DNA from: an uncultured Chlamydiales bacterium
GTDB lineage: Bacteria > Chlamydiota > Chlamydiia > Chlamydiales > Rhabdochlamydiaceae
Length of the DNA: 64,000 nt
Reading direction: 5' to 3'
NCBI GenBank assembly: GCA_963700985.1
Contig: OY969554.1
Coordinates: forward strand, 1,056,001-1,120,000
The notes beneath the pieces were generated by a model that saw only the letters and a program-made list of their open reading frames with translations, ran no database searches and was not told where the DNA came from. The position numbers and the translations under genes were made by a program. Of the stretch, positions 27,042 to 36,372 are shown one piece after another. Each line of letters opens with the position of its first letter. The first letter of the stretch is position 1.

Positions 27042-28943
27042 ATGAGACGTTTCAAGCTTTTGTTTTTAGCTTTAATAATCGTTACAGGCTTGAACTCGTC
27101 GCTGTTTGCGATTCAAGAGTCGCGCTATGAAGTCTTTAGGCAAACCGATGTTATGGTGCCCATGCGCGATAAAATCTGTTTAGAAACTGATCTCTATCTT
27201 CCTGCAAATGACGATGGTGTGAGCGACCAAAAATTTCCTGCCATTTTACTGCGAACTCCTTATGGCAGATTGGGTTTCAATGACGAGGTAATTAATGCAG
27301 ATGGAAAATACTTTGCAGAGCATGGCTATGTGGTAGTGATCCAAAACACCCGTGGACGTTATGGTTCTGAAGGCATTTGGCATATGCTTACTGACGATGG
27401 ACGCGATGGCTTCGACACTTGTGATTGGATTAGCAAGCAACCTTGGTCGAATGGCAAAGTGGGAACAATGGGGTTCTCGTATGTAGGCGGCACTCAGCAT
27501 GCTTTAGCAATGGAACATCCTCCACAATTAGTAACTGCAATTCCTGCCGATGCAATGTCAAATATGGGTTTTGCTGGCATACGTAATGGCGGTGCGTTTG
27601 AGCTCCGGTTTTGGAATTGGGTTTTCTTTCTCGCAGCTCCTCATGGAAGTCGCCAATCAACCGACCCATCAATAGCCCCAATCCTTTTGGATATGAAAGA
27701 ACATCGTCTTGATTATCTCTTAAATCTCCCCCTATTGTTAGGAAAGACTCCCCTCAAGTTTGTTCCAGAATATGAAAAATGGCTCGTTGAGGCCATGAGC
27801 CATGGCATAAATGATGAGTTTTGGCAGCAAAATAACATTATCGATTTTGCTGACCAATATAAAGATATTCCCATTTACCTTGTGGGAGGCTGGTATGATT
27901 CTTGGGCAGGCTGCTCAACAGCTAATTATTGCGCATTAAATGGCGCGATTAAGGGGCCTGTTTATTTAATTATGGGTCCTTGGGTCCATGGACAACAAGG
28001 AGCTTCAACTCATGGTCAGGTAAGCTTTGGAGCAACTGCAGCAATCCCCGATTCTCATGCTTGGCAACTTGAATGGTTCGATCATTGGGTTAAGGGTATT
28101 GAAAATAGCGTCGGTCGTAGTGAGCCGTTTGCTACTAAAGTGCGCATCTTTGTAATGGGAACAGGAGATGGAAGCAAAACAGCAGCGGGTCACCTAAATC
28201 ATGGTGGTTATTGGAGAAACGAACAGGAGTGGCCGCTTGCACGTTCCAAAGCCACGCCCTATTATTTACAATCTGATGGACGACTTGATCTATCGCGTCC
28301 AGAAGAGGATACCGCTTCTACAAGCCTCATATTTGATCCAAACAATCCTGTTCCAACCGTTGGTGGGAATATATCATCTGGCAAAGGAATTCTATTAGCA
28401 GGTGCTTGGGATCAACGAGGAGGAGCTCATGTCTGGAATATGCCAGAGCCAATCCCATTGTCAGCACGCGACGATGTACTCGTATTTCAAACTCAGCCGC
28501 TGTCCGAAGATCTCGAGGTAACAGGAGAAATCAGGGTCAAACTTTGGGTTTCCTCTTCTGCTGTCGATACGGATTTCACAGCTAAACTCATCGATGTCTA
28601 TCCCCCAAACACCCATTTTCCAGAAGGTTTTGATTTAAATATTGTTGATGGGATTAAGCGCGCTAGATTCCGTGAATCGCTCAATAGAGAAGTTTTGATG
28701 CAACCCGGTACGATCTATCCATTGGAAATCAAACTATATCCAACTGCGAATGTCTTTAAAAAAGGACATCGAATTCGTCTGGATATTTCGAGCAGTAATT
28801 TTCCCCGATTCGATGTAAACCCCAATACTGGTGAAAAACTCAACCAGAGTCATCGAAAAGAGATCGCAATAAATACGATTTATCATGATATCGAACATCA
28901 ATCCTATATTGAACTCCCGCTAGTCCCTATAAATACTCACTGA
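27042..28943 (+). CDS. CocE/NonD family serine hydrolase, exported
   Basis: Signal peptide; VPMRD, RTPYG, RGRYGSEG, GFSYVG (GxSY), GWYD, GPWVH, ISSSNFPRFDVNPNTG. Confidence 0.95.
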   Translation: MRRFKLLFLALIIVTGLNSSLFAIQESRYEVFRQTDVMVPMRDKICLETDLYLPANDDGVSDQKFPAILLRTPYGRLGFNDEVINADGKYFAEHGYVVVIQNTRGRYGSEGIWHMLTDDGRDGFDTCDWISKQPWSNGKVGTMGFSYVGGTQHALAMEHPPQLVTAIPADAMSNMGFAGIRNGGAFELRFWNWVFFLAAPHGSRQSTDPSIAPILLDMKEHRLDYLLNLPLLLGKTPLKFVPEYEKWLVEAMSHGINDEFWQQNNIIDFADQYKDIPIYLVGGWYDSWAGCSTANYCALNGAIKGPVYLIMGPWVHGQQGASTHGQVSFGATAAIPDSHAWQLEWFDHWVKGIENSVGRSEPFATKVRIFVMGTGDGSKTAAGHLNHGGYWRNEQEWPLARSKATPYYLQSDGRLDLSRPEEDTASTSLIFDPNNPVPTVGGNISSGKGILLAGAWDQRGGAHVWNMPEPIPLSARDDVLVFQTQPLSEDLEVTGEIRVKLWVSSSAVDTDFTAKLIDVYPPNTHFPEGFDLNIVDGIKRARFRESLNREVLMQPGTIYPLEIKLYPTANVFKKGHRIRLDISSSNFPRFDVNPNTGEKLNQSHRKEIAINTIYHDIEHQSYIELPLVPINTH

Positions 28944-28955
28944 TAAGGAAGTTTT

Positions 28956-29077
28956 TTTGGAGTGCGGGGATTCGTCACCGCTTTCTCTCAATTGCGGCTT
29001 GACGCGATTTCTTTCTCGATGCTGCACCGAGACAAGTCTCGGTGGAGAAAAGCGGTGACAAGTCCCCGCACTCCAAA
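28956..29077. repeat. REP doublet (REPIN-like palindromic element)
   Basis: TTTGGAGTGCGGGGATTCGTCACCGCTTT ... AAAGCGGTGACAAGTCCCCGCACTCCAAA inverted pair, with an internal hairpin CACCGAGAC-AA-GTCTCGGTG. Confidence 0.8.
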
Positions 29078-29081
29078 TTCG

Positions 29082-29443
29082 GAAAAGTCTAGCTTTTGGC
29101 TTCTTTCATCGGCAAAAAAAAGAGGCCCCGAGGGGCCTCTTTGTGACAGGACTCCCCTTCGGCGGGCAGCAAGCTGTCCCGTCCTCCGGGCCCGGTTCGC
29201 ACCGGTACGGTGCTCACTTCGAGTTCCTGACAGAAGCTAAACTTTTAGCTTCTTTCATCGGCAAAAAAAAAGAGGCCCCGAGGGGCCTTTTGTGACAGGA
29301 CTCCCCTTCGGCGGGCAGCAAGCTGTCCCGTCCTCCGGGCCCGGTTCGCACCGGTACGGTGCTCACTTCGAGTTCCTGACAGAAGCTAAACTTTTAGCTT
29401 CTTTCATCGGCAAAAAAAAAGAGGCCCCGAGGGGCCTCTTTGT
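29082..29443 (-). repeat. tRNA-linked tandem repeat, 149-bp period, about 2.4 copies; each unit carries a terminator and tRNA 3'-end fragments
   Basis: TTCTTTCATCGGCAAAAAAAA recurs at 29101, 29250 and 29399. Units are near-identical and contain GAGGCCCC-GA-GGGGCCTC and TGACAGGACTC (tRNA T-arm/acceptor sequence). Confidence 0.95.
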
Positions 29444-29445
29444 TT

Positions 29446-29528
29446 TGCCGATGACAGGACTCGAACCAGTACCTGATTGCTCAGAGTAGATTTTGAATCT
29501 ACCGCGTCTACCATTTCGCCACATCGGC
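29446..29528 (-). tRNA. tRNA-Leu (CAA)
   Basis: GCCGATGTGGCGAAATGGTAGACGCGGTAGATTCAAAATCTAC...GGTTCGAGTCCTGTCATCGGCA; anticodon loop TT-CAA-AA, long variable arm. Confidence 0.96.
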
Positions 29529-29584
29529 ATCGATATCCGAGAAAGATTAGAGAAATCCTCGAAAAAGGGCAAGGGGCAGGATGA

Positions 29585-29842
29585 TTACTTTTTAGCGCGG
29601 GTGGGTTTTGTGGCGGTCTTAGGAGGTGGGGGCGCCTCGGCAGGCTCTTCCCAGGGGTATAACGCCCGCTGGCGCTGCTTGGGGGCTTCCACGCTGAATT
29701 GATACTCATCGTGGTTGCGCTGGATATATTCGCCCATGGCATTCTGCTTGCGCATTCTATCCTCTTCCGTCTGCTCCATATTCGAGCAGCCAGCCAGACT
29801 TAAAAAAGAAATTAGAGATAAAACTTTTGTTATTTTACTCAT
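29585..29842 (-). CDS. Small putative lipoprotein
   Basis: MSKITKVLSLISFLSLAGC lipobox; 85 aa with a Pro/Lys-rich tail. Confidence 0.7.
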   Translation of the reverse strand: MSKITKVLSLISFLSLAGCSNMEQTEEDRMRKQNAMGEYIQRNHDEYQFSVEAPKQRQRALYPWEEPAEAPPPPKTATKPTRAKK

Positions 29843-29916
29843 CTCATATAATCCAAAATTTAGAGGGGTCACAAATGTGACGTCCCCAAATGTAACCATC
29901 AAAAGCGATCAGGTCA

Positions 29917-31272
29917 ATGTCTTTGGATAAAATTCTCGTTGTTTTAGATCGTAAAGAAGCTGCCCTTTTCGAGGGGATGACTCAAAAAAGATTTGAGCCT
30001 ATTTTTGTAGAAAGCGGAGCTAGGGCTAAGCAACTTATCCAGGCGCAGCATTTTGACTTAATCATTTGCGACGTGGTACTTCCCGATTTTTCCGGGTTAG
30101 ACCTGCTGAAAATCGCCAAAGCTGAAAACCCCCAATCGCAGGTCATACTCCTAAGCGATAGCGAATCGCTTCCGCTGGCGGCTGAAGGATTACGCTTGGG
30201 CGCTCTCATTCATCTGCTGAAGCCTTGCTCTTTCGATACGTTGGAAGCGGTGATTGAAAAAGCTCAGGAACAGGCCCATCTCATCCAAGAAAACCATTTC
30301 TTACGCAAAGAGCTCTCCTCCTCGGCACTCACGCGCAAAAACCGCATCATTGCTGAAAGCGATGTAATGAAGCAGATTTTACGGGATGTAACCAAAATCG
30401 CCCAGAGTTCTGCAAGTGTCTTTATTAGCGGCGAATCGGGAACAGGCAAAGAGGTTATCGCCGAAGCTATCCACTTGATGTCATCTCGAGGGGCTTATCC
30501 GTTCATCAAAGTCAATTGCGCAGCCGTCCCAGAAGCCTTGATCGAATCGGAATTTTTTGGGCATGAAAAAGGTGCCTTTACGGGTGCAATCAACAAGCGC
30601 ATCGGGAGATTTGAGTTAGCCGATAAGGGCACACTGCTGCTAGATGAGATCTCCGAAGTTCCCTTAACTGTGCAGTCGAAACTGTTGCGTGCAGTCCAAG
30701 AGCAGGAGTTCGAACGTGTCGGTGGAGAAAAACCTATGCGCGTCGATGTGCGGCTCATCTCCACTTCGAATCGCAATATGAAAGAAGCTGTTGAACAGAA
30801 AATCTTCCGCGAAGATCTCTATTATCGTTTGAACGTGGTGCCAATTCACCTAGCTCCGCTAAGAGAGCGCCGCGAAGACATCCTGCCACTGGCTAATTTC
30901 TTCTTGGAAAGACTCTGCGCCGAAAATAACAAGCCTTGCAAACGCTTAAGCCAAGATGCGCAAAATCGAATGCTCAACTATCCTTGGCCGGGCAATATTC
31001 GCGAGCTTGCCAATATCATCGAGCGGCTAATTGTAATGCAAAATTCAACCGAGATCACCGCCAATGATCTCTGCTTGGAAGAGCCTGGCTTATGCTCGAT
31101 TAGACCTGCCGCTAACTCTGTGCCCTTAACGCTTGCAGAGATAGAAAAAAGACACATCTTAGAGACACTAGCTGCACATAATAACAACCGCACGCACACA
31201 GCCAAGCTCCTAGGCATTAGCATCCGTACGTTGAGAAATAAACTTAATCTCTACGATCTCTCCCAATCATAA
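29917..31272 (+). CDS. ctcC: Sigma-54-dependent response regulator (chlamydial CtcC/AtoC, NtrC family)
   Basis: Receiver (CDVVLPD), AAA+ GESGTGKE, ESEFFGHEKGAFTGA, LLDEISE, FREDLYYRL, WPGNIREL; Fis HTH TAKLLGISIRTLRNKL. Confidence 0.93.
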   Translation: MSLDKILVVLDRKEAALFEGMTQKRFEPIFVESGARAKQLIQAQHFDLIICDVVLPDFSGLDLLKIAKAENPQSQVILLSDSESLPLAAEGLRLGALIHLLKPCSFDTLEAVIEKAQEQAHLIQENHFLRKELSSSALTRKNRIIAESDVMKQILRDVTKIAQSSASVFISGESGTGKEVIAEAIHLMSSRGAYPFIKVNCAAVPEALIESEFFGHEKGAFTGAINKRIGRFELADKGTLLLDEISEVPLTVQSKLLRAVQEQEFERVGGEKPMRVDVRLISTSNRNMKEAVEQKIFREDLYYRLNVVPIHLAPLRERREDILPLANFFLERLCAENNKPCKRLSQDAQNRMLNYPWPGNIRELANIIERLIVMQNSTEITANDLCLEEPGLCSIRPAANSVPLTLAEIEKRHILETLAAHNNNRTHTAKLLGISIRTLRNKLNLYDLSQS

Positions 31273-31354
31273 ATTTGGGATTTCAGCTTTGAAAACAAAG
31301 TAACTCTTCCATTAACCTACTCTCTTTTAAATTACGAAAATTGAGAGCAAAGAC

Positions 31355-31744
31355 ATGTCTGTATCTAAATTGTTAGGCTGTTTCTGCGCTCCTGTCGATC
31401 CTTCAGACTTGTTAGCCAAAGCAACTGAATATGCTGTCAATAAGGGTAATCCCGCGCAAGCGCGCCGTTGTTATCAGCTAGCTGCTGAATTGGGAAATAC
31501 TGAGGCACAATATCATCTGGGCTGGATGTGTCAAGAAGGCAACGGCGGACGTTTAGATCTTCTTGCGTCGATAAAATGGTGGGGAAAAGCTGCAGAAAAT
31601 GGGCATGTTGCAGCGCAATTTGCGCTTGCAAAGCTGCTGATTGCAGGCCGAGAAGGCGTGCCAAAAGACACTGAGCGCGCAAATCAAGTCTTCGCAAAAC
31701 TAGGAATTGGTATCGTTTTTAAAACTTCGAAAATTGAGGGCTAA
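31355..31744 (+). CDS. Sel1-repeat protein
   Basis: AAELGNTEAQYHLGWMCQEGNGG, WWGKAAENGHVAAQFALA. Confidence 0.85.
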   Translation: MSVSKLLGCFCAPVDPSDLLAKATEYAVNKGNPAQARRCYQLAAELGNTEAQYHLGWMCQEGNGGRLDLLASIKWWGKAAENGHVAAQFALAKLLIAGREGVPKDTERANQVFAKLGIGIVFKTSKIEG

Positions 31745-31747
31745 ACC

Positions 31748-32536
31748 ATGTCTGTATCTAAACTCGGCAGCAGCGCTGCAGCTGGCTCATCACCCACATT
31801 TACGCCAAGTACTGAGCTAGAAAAAAGCCATGCTAAAATGTGGTGGAAGGACTCGGTAGATCCTAAGACACCTGAGGGAAAACGCCATATTGAGGGCATA
31901 GTTATTACTATGTTATTTCACGCAAAGAGGCATTCTAACACTGGTGGTGATGCCATAAGAGCGCGCTGGTATTATAGGCAAGCCGCTGAATTGGGAAGTG
32001 CTGAGGCGCAATATCTTCTAGGCTGGATGTGTCAAAACGGTGAGGGCGGAGAAAAAGATCCACTTGAGGCCGTAACATGGTGGGAAAAAGCTGCAGCACA
32101 AGGACACTCTGGGGCAAAATTTTCTCTGGGTAAACCAGCTGTTTTCCGTCCTACACCCCGTAAGATCGGTTCGGACGATTCTGATTCTGAGGCTGAAAGT
32201 TCAACTCCCTCACCTGCTAAAAAAAGCGAAGAAAAAAAGAGTGCGGCTCCATCTGCAAGCGTTAACAGCTCTCATGAAGAGCTCATGAAACGGGCAAAGG
32301 CGGGCGATGTGCAAGCATACTTTGAAATTGGAAAGCTGCTTGAGGGGGAAGGAACAAAGGTGCCGGAATATTATAAAGCAGCCTTTAATATGTATGCAAA
32401 AGCTGCTGACACTGGGCATATTGCATCGCAACATGCTTTAGCTAAAATGCTCCAGGTGGGTCGAGAAGGCGTGCCAAAAGACACTGAGCGCGCAAATCAA
32501 ATCTTCGAAAAGCTGCGCACTAAAGGATTTTTTTAG
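31748..32536 (+). CDS. Sel1-repeat protein (tandem paralog), Ser-rich N-terminus and linker
   Basis: AAELGSAEAQYLLGWMCQNGEGG, AAAQGHSGAK, AADTGHIASQ; shares GREGVPKDTERANQ with the upstream gene. Confidence 0.88.
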   Translation: MSVSKLGSSAAAGSSPTFTPSTELEKSHAKMWWKDSVDPKTPEGKRHIEGIVITMLFHAKRHSNTGGDAIRARWYYRQAAELGSAEAQYLLGWMCQNGEGGEKDPLEAVTWWEKAAAQGHSGAKFSLGKPAVFRPTPRKIGSDDSDSEAESSTPSPAKKSEEKKSAAPSASVNSSHEELMKRAKAGDVQAYFEIGKLLEGEGTKVPEYYKAAFNMYAKAADTGHIASQHALAKMLQVGREGVPKDTERANQIFEKLRTKGFF

Positions 32537-32610
32537 ACCTCTTGAGTAATTCCATTTGCCCGTTAAAACCGAAGATTTTTTCAGGCAAAGCGAATTACAC
32601 AAACGGTCTA

Positions 32611-34389
32611 TTAGCTCAACGTAGCAAGTTGGCTTTCGATGATCTCCTGCACGCGTATCCACTTAATTCGCTGCTGATCGATCAACTCTTTTTCAGAGTT
32701 GCCCATGTAGCGTCCGAGCAATCGATCAAGTGCAGGAACTGCCACAGCCAAGAGCGCTTCATACGCGCTCTCGCGCTGCAGATCAAACTCAAGCACAGAA
32801 ATCTTGGTAGACGGGAAAGGGCCAGCAGCGACTTTTATTTCTTCTAAAATCTCTTCGCAGAGAGACTGACATCTACGCAAACTTAAACGCAGCTGTTCAT
32901 AGAGCGCAAAAATGCGTGGTGCGGTAAGGCTATTCATCTTTAGATCTTGAATATCCGCGTGCAACCTGCCGCGCAGATCTATCGATTGAATGAGATGCTT
33001 ATCTGCTAGTTCGTTCAAGGGAAGATAGTCGATGTCAGGAAAACCGAGTCCCCCATCCGTAGCATTGATAAATTTACATTCGGGGTGGGCCTTGGCATAG
33101 GCTGCGATGCATTCTGATTCCATCACCCATTTCACCAGCGTGTAAACAGTGTTGCCGGCGCGATCTTTGCGACGCAATAGACGATCTGTGGAGCGTTTAT
33201 CTTTCTTAAGCGCGCTTTTATCAATTGCATTTTGCGTTACGACACCTTCAGCATACCGCTGTTTGCCAGTAAACGCTAAATCGACACCCACGAGCACAAT
33301 CGGACTGCAGCCAAGCGAACAAGCATAAGCGATTGCTAAAGTGGTCACAGAAAAAGCTTCGCGGCCGAGATCGGGTCCGATGGCCGTGCCTTCGATTGAA
33401 AGGCGCTCTTCCATCCATGTTTCAAATAAGCCGCCGGTGTCCGATTTAAGGTAGCCAATCGGCCCGTTACACGTTAAGAAAACATCAGGACGAAGCCTGC
33501 TGGCAAATAAAAGCGGGACTTCAAAAGCAGAACTAGCCCGTAGTCGATCGAACTCTTCAGGGTTTGGATCGAGTGCCATGGCTAAATGCGGCTCTACACC
33601 TTGGTTGCTCAAAGCTGCAATGGCAGATCCACCGGCGATGATGAGCGCCTTGTTTTCAAGTGTTTTGAGCGTGCTGATGGCCGATTTAAGTGAAGGTCCG
33701 GCTCCGCAAATAATCGCAGGCACGCCCGCGTATTTGCCTTCGAGTTTATTAGCAAAAAAAGCATCAGGTAGACGCTTCATATTGGGCGCCAAGTTAGTGA
33801 GGAGCTTATGCGCAAATAGCGCTTCTGAAAACAGGGCATGATAGGAGGAGCTATTACGGAGGAGTTGCAGCCGAATGCGTGCTAATTTGGCTTTATTTTT
33901 TTTGGTGTAGGCAGGCAGCGCAGTTACCGCGATATGTGCGCATGGAAAGATCTGCGCTAGCTCTTCTGCGTCCACTTCCCAATTGCGTACAAAACGTAGC
34001 ACCACTTGAGAGTCTTCTAAAATTTCAGCGGCGAGTTCAGTCTGAAAAAAAGTAGCCAGCGCGCCTAGGTCATCTTCTAAAAAGACGACTCTTCGCTGAG
34101 TCGCTTTTTTCAGCCAGTTCTTCAATGCAAAATATCCATAGCCGAGCCCAATTCCATAAACATAGAGGATTTCAATCTCTTCGAGATCGAGTGCGGAAAA
34201 CCAGCTGCTCGTCTCATCTGCAATGCTCTCAACGGCATGCAGATACTCTTCTTTTTTGCCTTTTATGCGGCGCGCATTTTGCTGCCCATCGGCATTGCTA
34301 ATTAGCTCATATGAGAGATAGTTGTCGTAAGAGAGAAAAAAGTAGAGGTCTGGGTAGCTTTCTAAAAGTTTTTCGGCTTGCATTAACAC
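32611..34389 (-). CDS. Maf/DUF115 (MptE-like) putative glycosyltransferase
   Basis: YVYGIGLGY, PAIICGAGPSL, IAGGSA, PHLAMALDP, SVTT..A..LGCSPIVLVGVDLAF, FINATDGG are Maf_flag10/MptE motifs. Confidence 0.88.
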   Translation of the reverse strand: MLMQAEKLLESYPDLYFFLSYDNYLSYELISNADGQQNARRIKGKKEEYLHAVESIADETSSWFSALDLEEIEILYVYGIGLGYGYFALKNWLKKATQRRVVFLEDDLGALATFFQTELAAEILEDSQVVLRFVRNWEVDAEELAQIFPCAHIAVTALPAYTKKNKAKLARIRLQLLRNSSSYHALFSEALFAHKLLTNLAPNMKRLPDAFFANKLEGKYAGVPAIICGAGPSLKSAISTLKTLENKALIIAGGSAIAALSNQGVEPHLAMALDPNPEEFDRLRASSAFEVPLLFASRLRPDVFLTCNGPIGYLKSDTGGLFETWMEERLSIEGTAIGPDLGREAFSVTTLAIAYACSLGCSPIVLVGVDLAFTGKQRYAEGVVTQNAIDKSALKKDKRSTDRLLRRKDRAGNTVYTLVKWVMESECIAAYAKAHPECKFINATDGGLGFPDIDYLPLNELADKHLIQSIDLRGRLHADIQDLKMNSLTAPRIFALYEQLRLSLRRCQSLCEEILEEIKVAAGPFPSTKISVLEFDLQRESAYEALLAVAVPALDRLLGRYMGNSEKELIDQQRIKWIRVQEIIESQLATLS

Positions 34390-34907
34390 GTCATGCTCTC
34401 CTCAGTCTCCCCTTCGAGGACCCCTTGTGTATTCCAGATGCGATCTACGCCTTCTTTTTTGCCGAGGCAATAGAGCATGTGCCGTTTGAGTTTTCCATCT
34501 GGATGATAGAGCAGTACTTCTCCATCTAGCACGCCTTTTTCATAGAACATAAGGCTTTTCAGCTTTCCATCTTCGTAATAATACTCTTGCTTACCCTGGC
34601 GTAAGCCATCTTTAAAGCGCTGCACACTGCTAATGGTTCCATTTGGATAGTATTGCCAGGTTTTACCCTGCTGTTTGCCTAAATAGAACCAGCTACGCGA
34701 CAGCACACTTCCCTCTTGGCTGTAAAAAATCGAAGGCCCATGCAGCCCGTCATTTTTATAATAGCAGCTACTTTGCACTTCTCCATTGAGGTAGAGAGTA
34801 TTTGTACGCTCTTGCTCTGGGCTGAAGGCACACTCTAATTTTAGGTCGAGCTCTTCATCTTGAATGATGAAGCGGCCATTTGCGATCTCATAGATTTCTT
34901 TGTGCAT
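34383..34907 (-). CDS. MORN-variant repeat protein (YwqK-like)
   Basis: Repeats of the form G..HG...Y..G (GLHGPSIFYSQEG, GKQQGKTWQYYPNG, GLRQGKQEYYYEDG, GVLDGEVLLYHPDG). Confidence 0.88.
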   Translation of the reverse strand: MHKEIYEIANGRFIIQDEELDLKLECAFSPEQERTNTLYLNGEVQSSCYYKNDGLHGPSIFYSQEGSVLSRSWFYLGKQQGKTWQYYPNGTISSVQRFKDGLRQGKQEYYYEDGKLKSLMFYEKGVLDGEVLLYHPDGKLKRHMLYCLGKKEGVDRIWNTQGVLEGETEESMTC

Positions 34908-36372
34908 GAATGATTCTCTTTAAAAAAAGAAGACGATGTAAATAAGGCGATGCAGCTTGTGCATCGCGCAGAAAAAGTGGCCTCCAGATTTGCCACAAGG
35001 GATCCAAAAAAGTGCGGTAGGCAATCTCTTCTTCAAGTTCTACTTCTAAAAGAGCGCCCTCTCCTTTTTCACCTGGCAAAATGGGGTAGCTTTTCTCAAA
35101 TAGCGTCAGAAGCTGCTCACAGAATTTTTCACAGCGCTTGAGACTTTCTTTTATTGCAGCGCTCGTATCAGATGCCTGGGAGTTCGATGCGCAGCAAAGT
35201 GGTAACTCTTTTATTTTAGTGTGCACCATGCCTTTGATATCGAGCATCTGCTGGCCATATTGCTGACGCGTTTGCTCCAAAGACATTCTGGGGATACCGT
35301 TTATGCTTAAGCCGCCTCTGGTGGCATTGATGAACTGTGCATCTGGATGCTGCAGAACAAACTCTTCCATCCAGCTTTTGGCCATCAGCCAGTCTTGCTT
35401 GGTATGCACTTTTTTGCCTTCTACATCCAGCGCTTCGATAAACTCCGCCCCGATCTTCTCATCCACCCCTGCAGCATACACACGCTTCGATGCTGAAGAG
35501 AGCTCCACACCCACTAAAATAATCGGCCGGCACCCCAATGCATAAGCCAGCGCCAAACAAAAGGTCGATACATTCCAGCCTCCATCAAAGGGTGGTTCAT
35601 CGAGGTTCATTTGGCTATTCATCCACTGCTCCACTGGGTAGCCGCCGCTATCGGCTATCCACAGCCTTTCTCCCTGAACCTGTGCCAGCAATTCTTGAGC
35701 CACCCGATTCTGATAGAAAAAGGGCACTTCAAAAGCGCTCTGTTCTAAAAAGCGGCTCAGCGGTGGCGCGGGATCAATCGAGGCCATCATGTCAGGCATA
35801 AGCGCAAAATTAGAAAGCACGTTAAGCGCCGAGCCACCAGCTAAAATCAGCGCGCGGTTTTCCCAAGCTCTCACCTGTTCGATATCTTCTTCCAGTGAGG
35901 GACTAGCACCGCAGATAAGCGCAGGAATGCCCTCAAAGCTCTGGAATAGTCCACGGGCGCATTTTGCACGCTCAAGAGAAGGAAAGTTAGTTAAGTAATT
36001 GGAAAGAATTCTGGCTCCCATGTCACGAAAATCGGAGGCCACAAGGTGAATCCCCAAACGACAACGCTCGATTCGAGCAAAAGCCTCTTCGATATGGGCT
36101 TCTTCATCCGTAAAGCAGCGATAAGAAAAGCGCAAAAAGAGCAGCTCCCAGAGTTGGGCTTTCAGCATCTCATCATCAGCATTTAATGAAAGAAATCGAA
36201 CTTTTGGATGTTCAAATAGCTCTGCAGAAAAATCTCCATCTTGCCTCAAAAAAAGAAGATATCGCTGTTCTTTCTGTTCGAGCCAAGCAGAGAATCTATG
36301 CACAAGTGCCTGTGCGTCCTCTCCATATAGGCAGAGCACATCAGTTTGTTCAAATTCAAGAAGGTCTGACAT
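34888..36372 (-). CDS. Maf/DUF115 (MptE-like) putative glycosyltransferase, second paralog
   Basis: PALICGASPSL, LAGGSAL, ASIDP, NVSTF..ALGCRPIILVGVEL, FINATRGG. Confidence 0.85.
   Translation of the reverse strand: MSDLLEFEQTDVLCLYGEDAQALVHRFSAWLEQKEQRYLLFLRQDGDFSAELFEHPKVRFLSLNADDEMLKAQLWELLFLRFSYRCFTDEEAHIEEAFARIERCRLGIHLVASDFRDMGARILSNYLTNFPSLERAKCARGLFQSFEGIPALICGASPSLEEDIEQVRAWENRALILAGGSALNVLSNFALMPDMMASIDPAPPLSRFLEQSAFEVPFFYQNRVAQELLAQVQGERLWIADSGGYPVEQWMNSQMNLDEPPFDGGWNVSTFCLALAYALGCRPIILVGVELSSASKRVYAAGVDEKIGAEFIEALDVEGKKVHTKQDWLMAKSWMEEFVLQHPDAQFINATRGGLSINGIPRMSLEQTRQQYGQQMLDIKGMVHTKIKELPLCCASNSQASDTSAAIKESLKRCEKFCEQLLTLFEKSYPILPGEKGEGALLEVELEEEIAYRTFLDPLWQIWRPLFLRDAQAASPYLHRLLFLKRIIHAQRNL

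Noticed and set aside
29082..29443. CRISPR array
   Set aside because: Units are 149 bp and near-identical along their whole length, with no unique spacers, and there are no cas genes in the window.
28962..29742. ORFs 28962-29240, 29292-29489, 29363-29572 and 29404-29742
   Set aside because: They are translations of the REP, the tandem repeats and the tRNA, not credible proteins.
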